64,000 nt of DNA from Treponemataceae bacterium (GCA_963678065.2 CAXXVZ010000002.1:64001-128000); one strand, 5' to 3'; positions 20,404 through 30,256 are shown, counted from the first letter of the stretch. Made by a program: numbers and translations. Notes: a model not told the origin generated them from the letters alone.

Positions 20404-21327
20404 GTGCCAAGCGATCCGTCATCAATGCGGTTTCCAGCGGACGCCCTCGACGCATTTCTGGAAGGCCTCCTCACGGAGCTGAAAAGCCCGGCGGACCCCG
20501 AGACGCTCGGGCAGATCCGCGCGGCCTTCCGCCGGAGAATTCCCTTCCACATGCGTTCCTACGCAGCTGCCGTACTCATCATGAGGGCAGCCGGGCTTTC
20601 GCGCGGCGTCTCCGCGCGCGCCCAGCAGGAAGGCGTTCCCGCGCCGGCATCCGCCAAAGTCGAAGAACCGAGAATCAGGACTCAGCGGAAACCCGTACTG
20701 ACGGGTGATCCTTCCACCCGCCCCGCAGGAAAGGCTTCCCAGTCAGCTGCCGGCCGTCCGGGCGCATCCGATTTCGAGAGCGGGAGTCCGCGATTCCAGG
20801 GATCGCAGTCCCCCTTTGCGAAGAAAACCCCGAAGGAAACCCCGGCCAGATCCCGGCAGGCAAAGCCCGAGCAGGAGAAGCCCCGGAGTCCGAAACCCGA
20901 AAGTCCTCGCGCCGAGGCGCAGGAAACCCAGACCGCACAGTCTTCCAAGCCCCGTCAGGCTTCCTACGCGCTCTCCGTTCCCTCCACGCCTCTCTTCGTA
21001 TCGATGGGAAGAAGGCAGAGGCTGCGCGCCGCGGAAGTCAGGGATCTCTTCATGGAGAAGGCCGGACTCGGCGTCGACGAGGTCGGACAGGTGAGACTTT
21101 TCGACAACTACTGCTTCATCGACATCGCGTCGGAGAAGGCTCAGGCCGCAACCGAGGCCGTGAATGGCGCCGAACTCCGGGGTCGTCCCATATCTGTCGG
21201 GCCGGCCAAACCCCGCGGCGAGATGCCCCGGGAAGCCTCGGGGACGCAGGAGCTTCCCTCGGAAGAAGGCGACTCCCAGGCCGGAGAGGCCGAAGTCCGG
21301 TCGCCGGAAGGCGGGCAGGAGCCCTGA
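20404..21327 (+). CDS. DbpA RNA-binding domain protein (no helicase core)
   Basis: C-terminal LFVSMGRRQRL...VGQVRLFDNYCFIDI; disordered P/K/S-rich middle; GTG start after AAGGAG (start uncertain). Confidence 0.8.
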   Translation: MPSDPSSMRFPADALDAFLEGLLTELKSPADPETLGQIRAAFRRRIPFHMRSYAAAVLIMRAAGLSRGVSARAQQEGVPAPASAKVEEPRIRTQRKPVLTGDPSTRPAGKASQSAAGRPGASDFESGSPRFQGSQSPFAKKTPKETPARSRQAKPEQEKPRSPKPESPRAEAQETQTAQSSKPRQASYALSVPSTPLFVSMGRRQRLRAAEVRDLFMEKAGLGVDEVGQVRLFDNYCFIDIASEKAQAATEAVNGAELRGRPISVGPAKPRGEMPREASGTQELPSEEGDSQAGEAEVRSPEGGQEP

Positions 21328-21329
21328 GC

Positions 21330-21995
21330 ATGTCCGTCAAGGTCGAGAGACTCAAGGTCGGTTTCATAGACGAGAACAGCTATGTCCTCGTCTATGAGAG
21401 AGCCTGCGTTCTCGTCGATCCGGGCGACGAAGCCGAAAAAATCGTCGCATGGCTGGACGCTCTCGGCCACCTCCCCTCGCTCATTGTCGCCACACACGGA
21501 CACCTGGATCACACGGGCGCCATTCCTGGAGTCCGTGAGGCTTTCCTGAATCGGAACTCCCCGCCGATACCTCTCGCGGTTCACTCCGGAGACGCGTCGT
21601 ATTTCGGGGCCGCAGGCGAAAGGACCAACCGGGAACTGTTCCGGGCCATACGGGCCACAGGGTACTTCTCCCATTTCTGGCATCCGCTTCCCGAGCCCGA
21701 TCTTCTCCTCGCGGAAGGCGACGGGATTCCGGGCACGGGGCTGCGGGTCATCTACAGTCCCGGACACAGCCGGGGCTCCATCTGCCTCCACGACGCGGCC
21801 GAGGGCATCCTGATTTCCGGCGACACCCTGTTTCGCGATGGAGTCGGAAGGACGGACGCGCCAGACTCCGATCCCGCCGCCCTCGAATCCAGCCTGGGAA
21901 GACTCATGAGTCTTCCACCCCAAACCCGGGTCTATCCCGGACACGGAGAGGAGACGACGATCGGCAGGGAAGCCCGTCACTTTTCCACCCGTTGA
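21330..21995 (+). CDS. MBL-fold metallo-hydrolase (glyoxalase II-like)
   Basis: VDPG, THGHLDH, PGHSRGS, SGDTLF, GRTD, YPGHG. Confidence 0.93.
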   Translation: MSVKVERLKVGFIDENSYVLVYERACVLVDPGDEAEKIVAWLDALGHLPSLIVATHGHLDHTGAIPGVREAFLNRNSPPIPLAVHSGDASYFGAAGERTNRELFRAIRATGYFSHFWHPLPEPDLLLAEGDGIPGTGLRVIYSPGHSRGSICLHDAAEGILISGDTLFRDGVGRTDAPDSDPAALESSLGRLMSLPPQTRVYPGHGEETTIGREARHFSTR

Positions 21996-22030
21996 AGAAA
22001 ACGCCACGTTTCAGGCATAGTGGCTCCATC

Positions 22031-23071
22031 ATGTCGATGCCAACCGCAAAACTGCTCCTTATACTCACATCAGCCGCCTTCCTGGCCGCCTGCGCCCCAC
22101 GCCTCCCCGCCGAAGACACGAGGACCGAATTCGTTCTCGGCACGACCTGCACGATCAAACTCGTCCAGGGGGGCGACGAAAAGACCCTCGATGACGTGTT
22201 CGCCCGCCTCCGCGCCATAGACGACAGGATGAGCGCGAACAAGGACGGCACCGAAATCGCGGCCGTCAACAAGGCGGCCGGTCGCACTGGCGCTGCCGGC
22301 GCGGTCAAGGTTTCCGACGATACCTTCTACGTCATATCGAAGGCCCTCGAATACGCGAAGCTGACGGGCGGAGCCTTCGATCCCTCGGTCGGCCCGCTCG
22401 TGAAGCTCTGGAACATCGGGAGCGAAGGCGCCTCGGTTCCTCCCGCAAAGAGCATAGCCGCCGCCCTCAAACTCATAGACTGGAAAAAGGTGAGCCTCGA
22501 CGCCGAGGCCAAGACTGTGCGGCTGGCCTCCCCGGGTATGCGGCTCGACCTGGGCGCCATCGCGAAGGGCTACGCGGCCGACGAGTGCGACCGCATACTG
22601 CACGCCCACAAGGTCAAGGCTGCCATCGTCGATCTGGGGGGCAATGTTCTCGTCTTCGGAAAGAAAAAAGACGGCAATCCCTGGAAGATCGGCGTACAGA
22701 ATCCCGACAAGGAACGGAACAGCTACATCGGCCTCGTGACCGGCTTCGACATCACCGTCGTCACCTCGGGAATCTACGAGCGCTTTTTCATTCAGGACGG
22801 GAAGCGGTACCACCACATCCTCGACACGAAGACGGGCTTCCCCGTGGATAACGGACTCAAATCGGTGACAATCATGACAAACTCCAGCATAGACGCCGAC
22901 GGCCTCTCGACCTCGGTCTTCGCGCTGGGCAAGGACAGGGGACTCGAACTCGTCAAATCCATGAAGGGCGCCGAGGCTGTCATCATCGACAGCGCCGACC
23001 GCGTCTGGCTGAGCCCCGGAGCGAGCAAACTGTTCAAGCTCACCGACAAGACCTACACCCTGGCCGAGTGA
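22031..23071 (+). CDS. apbE: FAD:protein FMN transferase, lipoprotein
   Basis: Lipobox LAAC; FDPSVGPL, DLGAIAKGY, TSGIYERF, HHILD, ADGLST. Confidence 0.95.
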   Translation: MSMPTAKLLLILTSAAFLAACAPRLPAEDTRTEFVLGTTCTIKLVQGGDEKTLDDVFARLRAIDDRMSANKDGTEIAAVNKAAGRTGAAGAVKVSDDTFYVISKALEYAKLTGGAFDPSVGPLVKLWNIGSEGASVPPAKSIAAALKLIDWKKVSLDAEAKTVRLASPGMRLDLGAIAKGYAADECDRILHAHKVKAAIVDLGGNVLVFGKKKDGNPWKIGVQNPDKERNSYIGLVTGFDITVVTSGIYERFFIQDGKRYHHILDTKTGFPVDNGLKSVTIMTNSSIDADGLSTSVFALGKDRGLELVKSMKGAEAVIIDSADRVWLSPGASKLFKLTDKTYTLAE

Positions 23072-23160
23072 TGCGCAGAAAGCGAGACGCAAGGAGGAGA
23101 GCCATCTCGGGCCCGTTTCAGCGCTAATAGCGGCGGCTCGGGCTGATGCCGATCCCCGCT

Positions 23161-24045
23161 TCAGTCTTCCCGATCAGCGAGTTTCAGCTTGAGGAAGAGC
23201 CAGGGAGCCCCGAGGGTCACCCATATTCCCACTATCCCGTACCGGAGGAAACGGATGAGGCCGGCCTGGGAAGGGAACGCGTCGCCGATGAGGTACTTGG
23301 GGCCGAGATAGAGAACCAGGGTCGTCGCGATGCCCACACAGTAGCGCAGAATTTTCGTCCCGATCCTGCCTCCCGCCGAGAAGCCCATATCCTCCGAGGT
23401 GATCACGAAGCCGACTCCGGAGCCGAAGAATGCCCCCGCGATCATGGTGTCGCTCGTCATGAGGTAATTCATGCCGAGCGCGATCGCCGCGAGGATTATG
23501 ATCTTGAAACGGCGCTCGAGGGATTTGAAGAGGGCTCCGGCCCGCTCCCCCAGGAAATGGAACAGAGCTACGCAGACGAGGGCGAGACCCCATCCGGCGA
23601 ACACATCGGTGGGGAAATGGACACCGAGATAAATCCGGGAAAAACCGACGAGAAGGGGGAGGGCGACCGCCGCGACGGTGAAGAGGGCTCTCGGGAAAAG
23701 TACGGCTATCATTCCCCAGAACACTCCCGAACCCTGCGCGTGGCCCGAAGGAAGGCCGTACGATTCCGCCGTATCGAGCATGACGGAGTTGTCCATCTGG
23801 TAGGGGCGGGGCTGCATGATGAGTTCTTTGAGCCAGAGATTCAGGAAGGACGACAGGAGGACGACAATTCCAAGACGCACTCCCTTCCTGCGGTTTACGC
23901 ACCAATAGACGAGGGGCAGGAAGGCCAAGTAGAACTCAAGAGAGCCGACGAAGGACAGGGCCTTCATGGCCACCGTGAACCCCGGCGATGCCACAGCCTG
24001 CACCGACTTCACGACCCCGAGACCCCAAGCCAGAGTATCCGACAT
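23161..24045 (-). CDS. PAP2-family membrane phosphatase
   Basis: K-x6-RP, PSGH, SRIYLGVHFPTD. Confidence 0.92.
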   Translation of the reverse strand: MSDTLAWGLGVVKSVQAVASPGFTVAMKALSFVGSLEFYLAFLPLVYWCVNRRKGVRLGIVVLLSSFLNLWLKELIMQPRPYQMDNSVMLDTAESYGLPSGHAQGSGVFWGMIAVLFPRALFTVAAVALPLLVGFSRIYLGVHFPTDVFAGWGLALVCVALFHFLGERAGALFKSLERRFKIIILAAIALGMNYLMTSDTMIAGAFFGSGVGFVITSEDMGFSAGGRIGTKILRYCVGIATTLVLYLGPKYLIGDAFPSQAGLIRFLRYGIVGIWVTLGAPWLFLKLKLADRED

Positions 24046-24107
24046 CGTACTTTCCTCCCCGAATCGTGATAGAGCATAGTATTCCGCCGGGAGGCCGGAA
24101 TCAACAC

Positions 24108-24148
24108 GCCTCGCAGCGAGCCGCGGAGTGTGAAACCCGCATCCGGAT
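24108..24148 (+). repeat. REP-like palindromic element, copy 2 (degenerate)
   Basis: GCCTCGCAGCGAGCCGCGGAGTGTGAAACCCGCATCCGGAT aligns without gaps to 14656-14696. Confidence 0.55.
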
Positions 24149-24169
24149 GAACACGCCGCGCGGCCGCCC

Positions 24170-24198
24170 TTGACTGTCATCGGGCTCCATAGTACAAA
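24170..24198 (+). promoter_or_regulatory. Promoter of tRNA-Leu
   Basis: TTGACT-N17-TACAAA, 13 nt before tRNA. Confidence 0.55.
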
Positions 24199-24211
24199 CA
24201 AGGACATCCGC

Positions 24212-24294
24212 GCCGGCATGGTGAAATGGCATACACGGCAGACTCAAAATCTGCTGCCTGCGAGGGCGTGTGGGTTCAAGTCCCACTGCCGGCA
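24212..24294 (+). tRNA. tRNA-Leu (anticodon CAA), CCA not encoded
   Basis: Acceptor GCCGGCA/TGCCGGC+A, anticodon stem GCAGA-CTCAAAA-TCTGC, long variable arm, T arm GTGGG-TTCAAGT-CCCAC. Confidence 0.97.
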
Positions 24295-24309
24295 TGAACC
24301 TCCCCCACA

Positions 24310-25257
24310 ATGATGAAAAACCTGCTGTTCGCGATCGGAACTGTCCTTCCCGTCTTCCTCATGGTGGCCACCGGCTATCTCATACGGAAGAGGGGTTTCC
24401 TCACGAAGGAATTCTGCGAGGTTTCCGCCCGCTTCAATTTCCGCTACTGTTTCCCGGCCCTCGTCTTCGACTCGCTGTACACTTCGGACATCGCCCGCCT
24501 GTTCACGGGGAAGCTTGCGGCGCTGGCGCTGGCTGCGGTCTTCCTCACTCTGGCCATTTCCTGGATCGCGGGAAGCCTTGCCATACGGGATCGCCCCACG
24601 CGCGGCTCCTTCATCCAGGGAGCCTTCCGCGGCAACATCGTCCTCATGGCCATGCCGATGGTCGTCCAGGTATTCGGGGAGGCATCGCGGGCGCAGACTG
24701 CCATCCTCATGGCCATCATCGTCCCGACTTACAACGTGGTCTCGGTCATCATCCTCACCCTGAACGCGCGGGGTGGCAAACGGCTTTCCGTTTCCGAACT
24801 CGCAAAAGGCATCATCACCAACCCCATGATCATCGGGGTGCTCGCCGCACTGCCATTCGCTCTCACGGGGACGGGGCTTCCGCGCCCGGCGTCGGTTTTC
24901 ATCAAATACTTCTCCGGGATGACCGTCCCCCTCGCCCTTCTCGACATCGGCGCGAACATGTACGGAAGATCGAGGCCGAAGCACATAGGCCCTGTCCTCG
25001 GCGCCGCGACGATCAAGACCCTCATCGGCCCCATAGTCTACGGCGGACTCTTCGCGCTCGGCGGGATGGAGGGCCATCTCGTCGCCCTCATGACACTCCT
25101 CGGCGCCGCCCCCACGGCCATGGCGAGCTTCACCATGGCCAAAGTCATGGGCTGCGACGCCGACCTCGCGGGCGACATAGTGCTCGTGAGCACCCTCATG
25201 TCCGCCCTCACCATAGCCGGATCCATCGTCTTCCTGAGGTCGACCGGACTCGCCTGA
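24310..25257 (+). CDS. AEC (auxin efflux carrier) family transporter
   Basis: VLPVF, FPALVF, FRGN, ITNPMI, PLALLDIG, APTA; ~10 TM. Confidence 0.92.
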   Translation: MMKNLLFAIGTVLPVFLMVATGYLIRKRGFLTKEFCEVSARFNFRYCFPALVFDSLYTSDIARLFTGKLAALALAAVFLTLAISWIAGSLAIRDRPTRGSFIQGAFRGNIVLMAMPMVVQVFGEASRAQTAILMAIIVPTYNVVSVIILTLNARGGKRLSVSELAKGIITNPMIIGVLAALPFALTGTGLPRPASVFIKYFSGMTVPLALLDIGANMYGRSRPKHIGPVLGAATIKTLIGPIVYGGLFALGGMEGHLVALMTLLGAAPTAMASFTMAKVMGCDADLAGDIVLVSTLMSALTIAGSIVFLRSTGLA

Positions 25258-25345
25258 TTGCCAGCCCGGCGGTCATCGCCCGCGCACCTTCGGCCTGCCC
25301 CCTGCCGGCCACCGACAGTTCCGGCGGCCGGACAAGGCTCGCCCC

Positions 25346-26230
25346 CTAGCGCCCGGAATCGCGCTCCATCCGCTCGTAGACTTCGTCGAGACTTCCCGAG
25401 AAGGGGCCCGGCTTCTCCATCTTGATCGAGCACAGGGCCGCCGCGAAGCGCACCGAGTCCGAAGGATCGTGCGTTATCCTCCGCGCGAGATAGGACGAGA
25501 AGGTCGTGTCGCCCCGGCCCGTCCTTCCCGAGAGGTTCGAGGGCGTGAAGGGAGCCCGGTAGACCTGTCCTTCGACGAGGACGATCGCTTCGCTGTTGTG
25601 GGTGACCATGACTTCCTTCGCTCCCCAGGATGCGAGGGCGCGGGCGGCCTCCTCGCGGTCCGAAAGTCCTGTCAGAATTTCCGCTTCGGCCGCGTCGGTC
25701 TTGAAAAACGAGACGAAAGGCAGGTAACGCCTCTTCTCCGCCCAGTCGATGAATTTCATGGTTTTGTCGGGCATGGCATTGCGCAGGAGTCCCTGGGCAT
25801 CCACGGCGATCTTCGCCCTTCCCGCCAGCTCCTCTATGAGACTGTCCGGCAATTCGCCCACGAAAAGCCCGGCCATGTCGATCACGGTCGCCCTCGCGTC
25901 GCGCGGGATGTCCGCGGCCCTGAAGGGAGTGGCCCTCGAGAGCAGGGTCGTATCCCGCCTCTCGTGATCCGGAGTCCGGAAGACATTGAGGATCGAGGTG
26001 GTCTCGGGGCTCTCGCCTACGATGAGCTCGACCCCGGCCTCGCGGATGAAGCCGACGGAAGCGGCGTCTCCGGGCGCGGTTTTCGTTATGGCGAGGACGC
26101 GGGCGCCCGCCTTGGCCGCCGAGACGGCCGAGTGGACGATGGCGCCGCCGAGAAGCCGGCTCTCGACTCCCAGATGGTCCACAAGGATGTCCTTGGATAC
26201 ATGTCCGAGCATGATGATGTCATAGAACAT
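25346..26230 (-). CDS. PfkB-family carbohydrate kinase
   Basis: GHVSKD, LGGA, VDAQG, EAE, GRTGRGDTT. Confidence 0.88.
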   Translation of the reverse strand: MFYDIIMLGHVSKDILVDHLGVESRLLGGAIVHSAVSAAKAGARVLAITKTAPGDAASVGFIREAGVELIVGESPETTSILNVFRTPDHERRDTTLLSRATPFRAADIPRDARATVIDMAGLFVGELPDSLIEELAGRAKIAVDAQGLLRNAMPDKTMKFIDWAEKRRYLPFVSFFKTDAAEAEILTGLSDREEAARALASWGAKEVMVTHNSEAIVLVEGQVYRAPFTPSNLSGRTGRGDTTFSSYLARRITHDPSDSVRFAAALCSIKMEKPGPFSGSLDEVYERMERDSGR

Positions 26231-27035
26231 TGCACTTCTCCTTCCCGGAACTCTCGATCAGCGCGGCGAGGAGGTCGGGGTGGTTGGTCGTTATCGAATG
26301 CGGCCCGTACGCGAGGACCGTCCGCATGTCCTCCTCCCTGTCCACGGTCCAGAGCATGACGGGCAACCCCCGATTCCGCGCGTATTCGACGAAAGCTGCC
26401 GAGCCCCGGGTCCATTCGAGGTTGATTCCGCTGCAACCATGCTCTGATGCCAGCGAACAGACGCGATCCATATCCCCGGACCTCGCTCTTCCGGCCGGCA
26501 CGAGGGCGTCCGCGTTGAAGAGGTACCTGAAATCCGGAAGCCTTTCGTGCGCGATCGCGATTTCCCCGATCTCCAACCCCGAAAAGATGACTTCGGATTC
26601 CATGCCCCGGGCGCGAAGAAGGAGGGCGGCCACGAGCAGGGCGGAAGGTTCTTTGGCGTCGAGATTGAGGACAGTCCTCCTGCCCGGGCGCATTGTCCGG
26701 TCCAGCTCCCCGGTCAGGTCGAAGAGCATCTCCAGCCGCATGACGCCTTCCTCCCCACCGGGGGCGGAGGCCGCGCGTATCTCCTCCCACGCCAGGTCCT
26801 CCACTCTGACCCGACCGCCGCCGGGCAGAGGAATGGTGTCGTCGTGAGTCAGGACGACGATGCCGTCCTTTGTCGCGCGGATGTCGACCTCGACGATGTC
26901 GGCGCGCGAGGCGAAGGCGGCCACGATCGACGCCCGGCTGTTGGCCACCGTGCCCATGCAGCCCGCGTGCGCGGTCACGAGCGGCGGCGCCGTCAAAGGA
27001 GGGGCAGACAAGGGAGCTGCGTTGAGCGACATCAT
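26220..27035 (-). CDS. Glycerophosphodiester phosphodiesterase family protein
   Basis: TAHAG, VEVDIRATKDG..LTHD, NLDAK, WTVD, ITTNHPD; ATG overlaps upstream TGA. Confidence 0.88.
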   Translation of the reverse strand: MMSLNAAPLSAPPLTAPPLVTAHAGCMGTVANSRASIVAAFASRADIVEVDIRATKDGIVVLTHDDTIPLPGGGRVRVEDLAWEEIRAASAPGGEEGVMRLEMLFDLTGELDRTMRPGRRTVLNLDAKEPSALLVAALLLRARGMESEVIFSGLEIGEIAIAHERLPDFRYLFNADALVPAGRARSGDMDRVCSLASEHGCSGINLEWTRGSAAFVEYARNRGLPVMLWTVDREEDMRTVLAYGPHSITTNHPDLLAALIESSGKEKCNVL

Positions 27036-27865
27036 TTGAGCCCCAGCGAGTAGGCGCTCGTCATCTGGCGGTAGACCACCTTGGAGAACACGATGATGGG
27101 GACGGTCGCGAGCATGCCGATGCCCATGAGCTGCCCCCAGAGGGTTTCGTATTCGCCGATATAGTTCGCGATTTTCAGAGGCAGGGTCAGGAGTTCGGGG
27201 CTGCGGGTGAACAGCATGGTGAAGAGAAACTCGTCCCAGGCGACGATGATGCAGAATATCGCCGTCGCGGCGAGGCCTGTCCGCACGAGGGGCAGGACGA
27301 CGAGCCTCAGGGTCTGCAGCCGCGAAGCCCCGTCGATCTCGGCCGCTTCCTCGAACTCCATCGGAAGTGATTTGACGAAACCGAAGAGCATCCAGATGCA
27401 GTAGGGCAAGGTGTAGACCTGGAAGACGAGAATGAGGCCCCAGAGGTTGTTGAGCAGCTTCATCTTCGCGAACATGTCGTAGAGAGGAACGGCCAGGACC
27501 ACCGGAGGCAGCATCTTCGCGAGGATGATCCAGACGAGGAAGATGTTGTTGAGTCTCGCGGGGAATTTGTGTCGCACGAGCGCGTAGGAGGCGAGAAATC
27601 CGAGGGCGAGCGAGAGGAGGGTCGACGAGGCGGTGACGAACACGGAGTTCCACAGATTGCCGAGCGAGCCGCCTTTCAGGATCTGCGCGTAGTTTTCCAG
27701 CGTAATCCTGTGCGGGAATAGGGTCGGAACCGGAAGGATGTTTTCGACCGGCGTCTTGAACGAGGTGATCACGATCCAGTAGATCGGGAAAAGGGCGAGG
27801 AAGAGTATAAGGGCGAGGAGGAACGGGAAGAGCACGGAGCGCTTGGTCGTGACGAACGATGCCAT
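27032..27865 (-). CDS. Carbohydrate ABC transporter permease (MalG-type)
   Basis: FPIYWIVITSFK, EEAAEIDGAS, AWDEFLF. Confidence 0.93.
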   Translation of the reverse strand: MASFVTTKRSVLFPFLLALILFLALFPIYWIVITSFKTPVENILPVPTLFPHRITLENYAQILKGGSLGNLWNSVFVTASSTLLSLALGFLASYALVRHKFPARLNNIFLVWIILAKMLPPVVLAVPLYDMFAKMKLLNNLWGLILVFQVYTLPYCIWMLFGFVKSLPMEFEEAAEIDGASRLQTLRLVVLPLVRTGLAATAIFCIIVAWDEFLFTMLFTRSPELLTLPLKIANYIGEYETLWGQLMGIGMLATVPIIVFSKVVYRQMTSAYSLGLK

Positions 27866-27867
27866 CT

Positions 27868-28752
27868 TCAGGCCTCCTTTGTGTTCAGGATTTTCCTGAG
27901 ATAGACCACCGAAACGAGGGCGACGGCTGCGAGCGTGATCATGGACGCGGCCGAGGAGCGGCCGAGCTTGAAGTACTGGAAGGCCTCGCGGTAAATGAAA
28001 TACGAAGTCGTCTCGGTCGAGTTGCCCGGCCCTCCCTTCGTGAGCGCGAAAACCTTGGAGAACACCTTGAAGGTGTCTATGGTCCTGAGGAGGCAGAGGA
28101 GGAGAATCTGGTCGCGCAGGATGGGAAGGGTTATGCGAAACAGTGTCTGCCGGTAACTCGCGCCGTCCACGACGGAGGCTTCGAAGATCTCCTGGGGAAC
28201 GGAGGCGAGCCCCGCCTGGACGACGATGAAGGCGAAGGGCGTCCACTGCCAGACATCGACGAGGACGAGGGACCAGAGAGCCATCTTCGGATCGACGAGC
28301 CAGCCGGCCCGCGGAAGGCCGAATGCGGCGAGAGTGTTGTTGAGCAGCCCGATGTCGTAGTGATAGAGGGTCTTCCAGACCGATGATACGACCATGGTGG
28401 ACAGCATCATGGGCAGGATGACCAGGATCATGAAGCCGCTCTTGCCCCTGAAATTGCCGTAGAAAACGAGAGCGAGGATGATGCCGAGGAGCACTTCTAT
28501 CGCCGTCGCCGCGAGGCAGTATTCCAGTGTATTGGCGAAAGAGGCCAGAAAGAGCTTGTCCGAGAGGATATCGGCGAAGTTCGACAGTCCCGTCCATCTG
28601 CGGACGCCCGAGATGTAGTTGTAGTTCTGGAAGGAAGTGAAAAGCACCGTCAGCATCGGATAAACAGTCAGCCACAGCATGACGGCGAGGGCTGGAGCGA
28701 AGATGCACCAATAAAACAGGGCCTTGCCCCGCGTGCGTCCGGAAAGCATCAT
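27868..28752 (-). CDS. Carbohydrate ABC transporter permease (MalF-type)
   Basis: GLSNF, DVWQWTPF, EASVVDGAS, TKGGPGNST. Confidence 0.93.
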   Translation of the reverse strand: MMLSGRTRGKALFYWCIFAPALAVMLWLTVYPMLTVLFTSFQNYNYISGVRRWTGLSNFADILSDKLFLASFANTLEYCLAATAIEVLLGIILALVFYGNFRGKSGFMILVILPMMLSTMVVSSVWKTLYHYDIGLLNNTLAAFGLPRAGWLVDPKMALWSLVLVDVWQWTPFAFIVVQAGLASVPQEIFEASVVDGASYRQTLFRITLPILRDQILLLCLLRTIDTFKVFSKVFALTKGGPGNSTETTSYFIYREAFQYFKLGRSSAASMITLAAVALVSVVYLRKILNTKEA

Positions 28753-28826
28753 GGTCGGGACTCCAAGTCTTCAGAAGGTAGAGAGTGTCGTGTCGGAAAG
28801 GCCGCGGAGTCCGCCGCCCCTGGATG

Positions 28827-28885
28827 GGGGACATTGTCGGAGCGAAGGCGCACCGATCGGCGCGTCGCGCTCCGACAATGTCCCC
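28827..28885. terminator. Stem-loop after the SBP gene
   Basis: 18-bp perfect IR GGGGACATTGTCGGAGCG-N23-CGCTCCGACAATGTCCCC. Confidence 0.7.
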
Positions 28886-28891
28886 AGTCGG

Positions 28892-30142
28892 TCACTTTAT
28901 GATCTGGGCAATCTTGGCGTTGGCTTCATTGAGAGCCTGCTCGGCGGTTTTCTGGCCGATGAGGGCTTCCTGGACGAGGCCGCCGAGAGTGTTCTCGATC
29001 TCGGCCCAGAACAGGGTGCGGGGGCGGGCCACGCCGTCTTCCAGAGCGTCGCGGATGGCGGGGTACCAGGGGTACTTCGCGAGGATCTCCGCATCCTCGA
29101 ACACGGAAGTGCGGCTCGGGGGAAGGCCGGCCTTGAGGACCATGAGCTTCTGTGTTTCCTTGCCCGTGACGAAGTTGAGGAAATCGAAGGCTGCCTGCTT
29201 GTTCTTCGAGGCGGCCGGAATGGCGATGTGCCAGATGCCGATCATCGGAGAAGACTTCTTCACGTCGGCCGGGTGTTTGGTGACCTTGACCTTGCCCGCG
29301 ACCTTGGACTGGTTGGGATCGTCGAGCTGACCGAGCCAGGCCGGCCAGACTTCGGGGGCGATGCCGACGGTGCCGGCGAGAAGGCCGTCGCGGACCTGGG
29401 CGGTGTTGTTCATCGGCGTGCTCTTCGGGCCGTACTTGGCCAGTTCGAGGAAGAACTTGAGCGCCTTCACGGCTTCGGGGGAGTTGACGGTCGGCTTTCC
29501 GGAGGCGTCGAAGAAATCGGCCCCGAAGGACCAGAAGATCGGGAGGAAGGCGGTGAGGATGGGGTTGCCCTTCACGCCGCGGAAGGAGACGCCGGACACT
29601 GAAGGGTCGCTCTCGGATATTTTCTTGGCTGCGACGAGGACATCGTTCCAGGTCTTGGGGGCGGCGAGTCCGTATTTGGCGAAGAGGTCGGTCCTGTAGG
29701 CGAACAGTGAGACGTTGCCGACGAAGGGAAGCGCGTAGAGCTTGCCCTTGGGTCCGTTCGGATAGCGGCAGAGATCCGTCGTCGTGGAGATGAAGTCGGA
29801 ATCGACGGCCTTGCCGGCTTTCTTGTACATCGCGTCGAGATCTTCGAGCCAGCCGGCCTGCTGGTATTGCATGGCCTTGGGATCGTCGATGAGGATGAGG
29901 TCGTAGGTGCCTGTTCCGGTCTTCAGGTCGATGACGGTCTTCTGGTAGACATCGTCGCCGGAGAGCTTGAGCAGTTCGAAGCTGACGTTGGGATTCTTGG
30001 CCATGTAGGCGTCGACAGCGACCTGCATGGCGTTGCCGTAGTCGCCATCGCGGCCGGCGATGACCAGTTTCACTTGTTTCTGGGCAAATACGCCGCCGGT
30101 CAATACGGCGAGCGCGAGAAGAATGAGTGCGGTCTTTTTCAT
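28892..30142 (-). CDS. Sugar ABC transporter substrate-binding protein (family 1)
   Basis: Signal peptide MKKTALILLALAVLTGGVFA; LYALP, FAYRTDLF, PKTW, AAFDFL; AGGAGG RBS. Confidence 0.93.
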   Translation of the reverse strand: MKKTALILLALAVLTGGVFAQKQVKLVIAGRDGDYGNAMQVAVDAYMAKNPNVSFELLKLSGDDVYQKTVIDLKTGTGTYDLILIDDPKAMQYQQAGWLEDLDAMYKKAGKAVDSDFISTTTDLCRYPNGPKGKLYALPFVGNVSLFAYRTDLFAKYGLAAPKTWNDVLVAAKKISESDPSVSGVSFRGVKGNPILTAFLPIFWSFGADFFDASGKPTVNSPEAVKALKFFLELAKYGPKSTPMNNTAQVRDGLLAGTVGIAPEVWPAWLGQLDDPNQSKVAGKVKVTKHPADVKKSSPMIGIWHIAIPAASKNKQAAFDFLNFVTGKETQKLMVLKAGLPPSRTSVFEDAEILAKYPWYPAIRDALEDGVARPRTLFWAEIENTLGGLVQEALIGQKTAEQALNEANAKIAQIIK

Positions 30143-30174
30143 GACATCGGGCCTCCTGGGATTTTCTGAAAACG

Positions 30175-30203
30175 ATTTTATATCCGGTTTCAAAAGCGCG
30201 CAA
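30175..30203 (-). promoter_or_regulatory. Promoter of the sugar ABC operon
   Basis: TTGCGC-N17-TAAAAT on minus strand. Confidence 0.55.
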
Positions 30204-30256
30204 AGAAAAACCATGATACACTTCGGATGGATTTGATGCTTGCATCATCATTTTCA

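Noticed and set aside
24212..24310. tRNA-Leu as island attachment site
   Set aside because: No integrase and no duplicate of the tRNA 3' end seen in the window.
26220..28834. Apparent long N-terminal extensions on GDPD and permease ORFs
   Set aside because: Open off-frames across upstream genes; true starts at 27035 and 27865.
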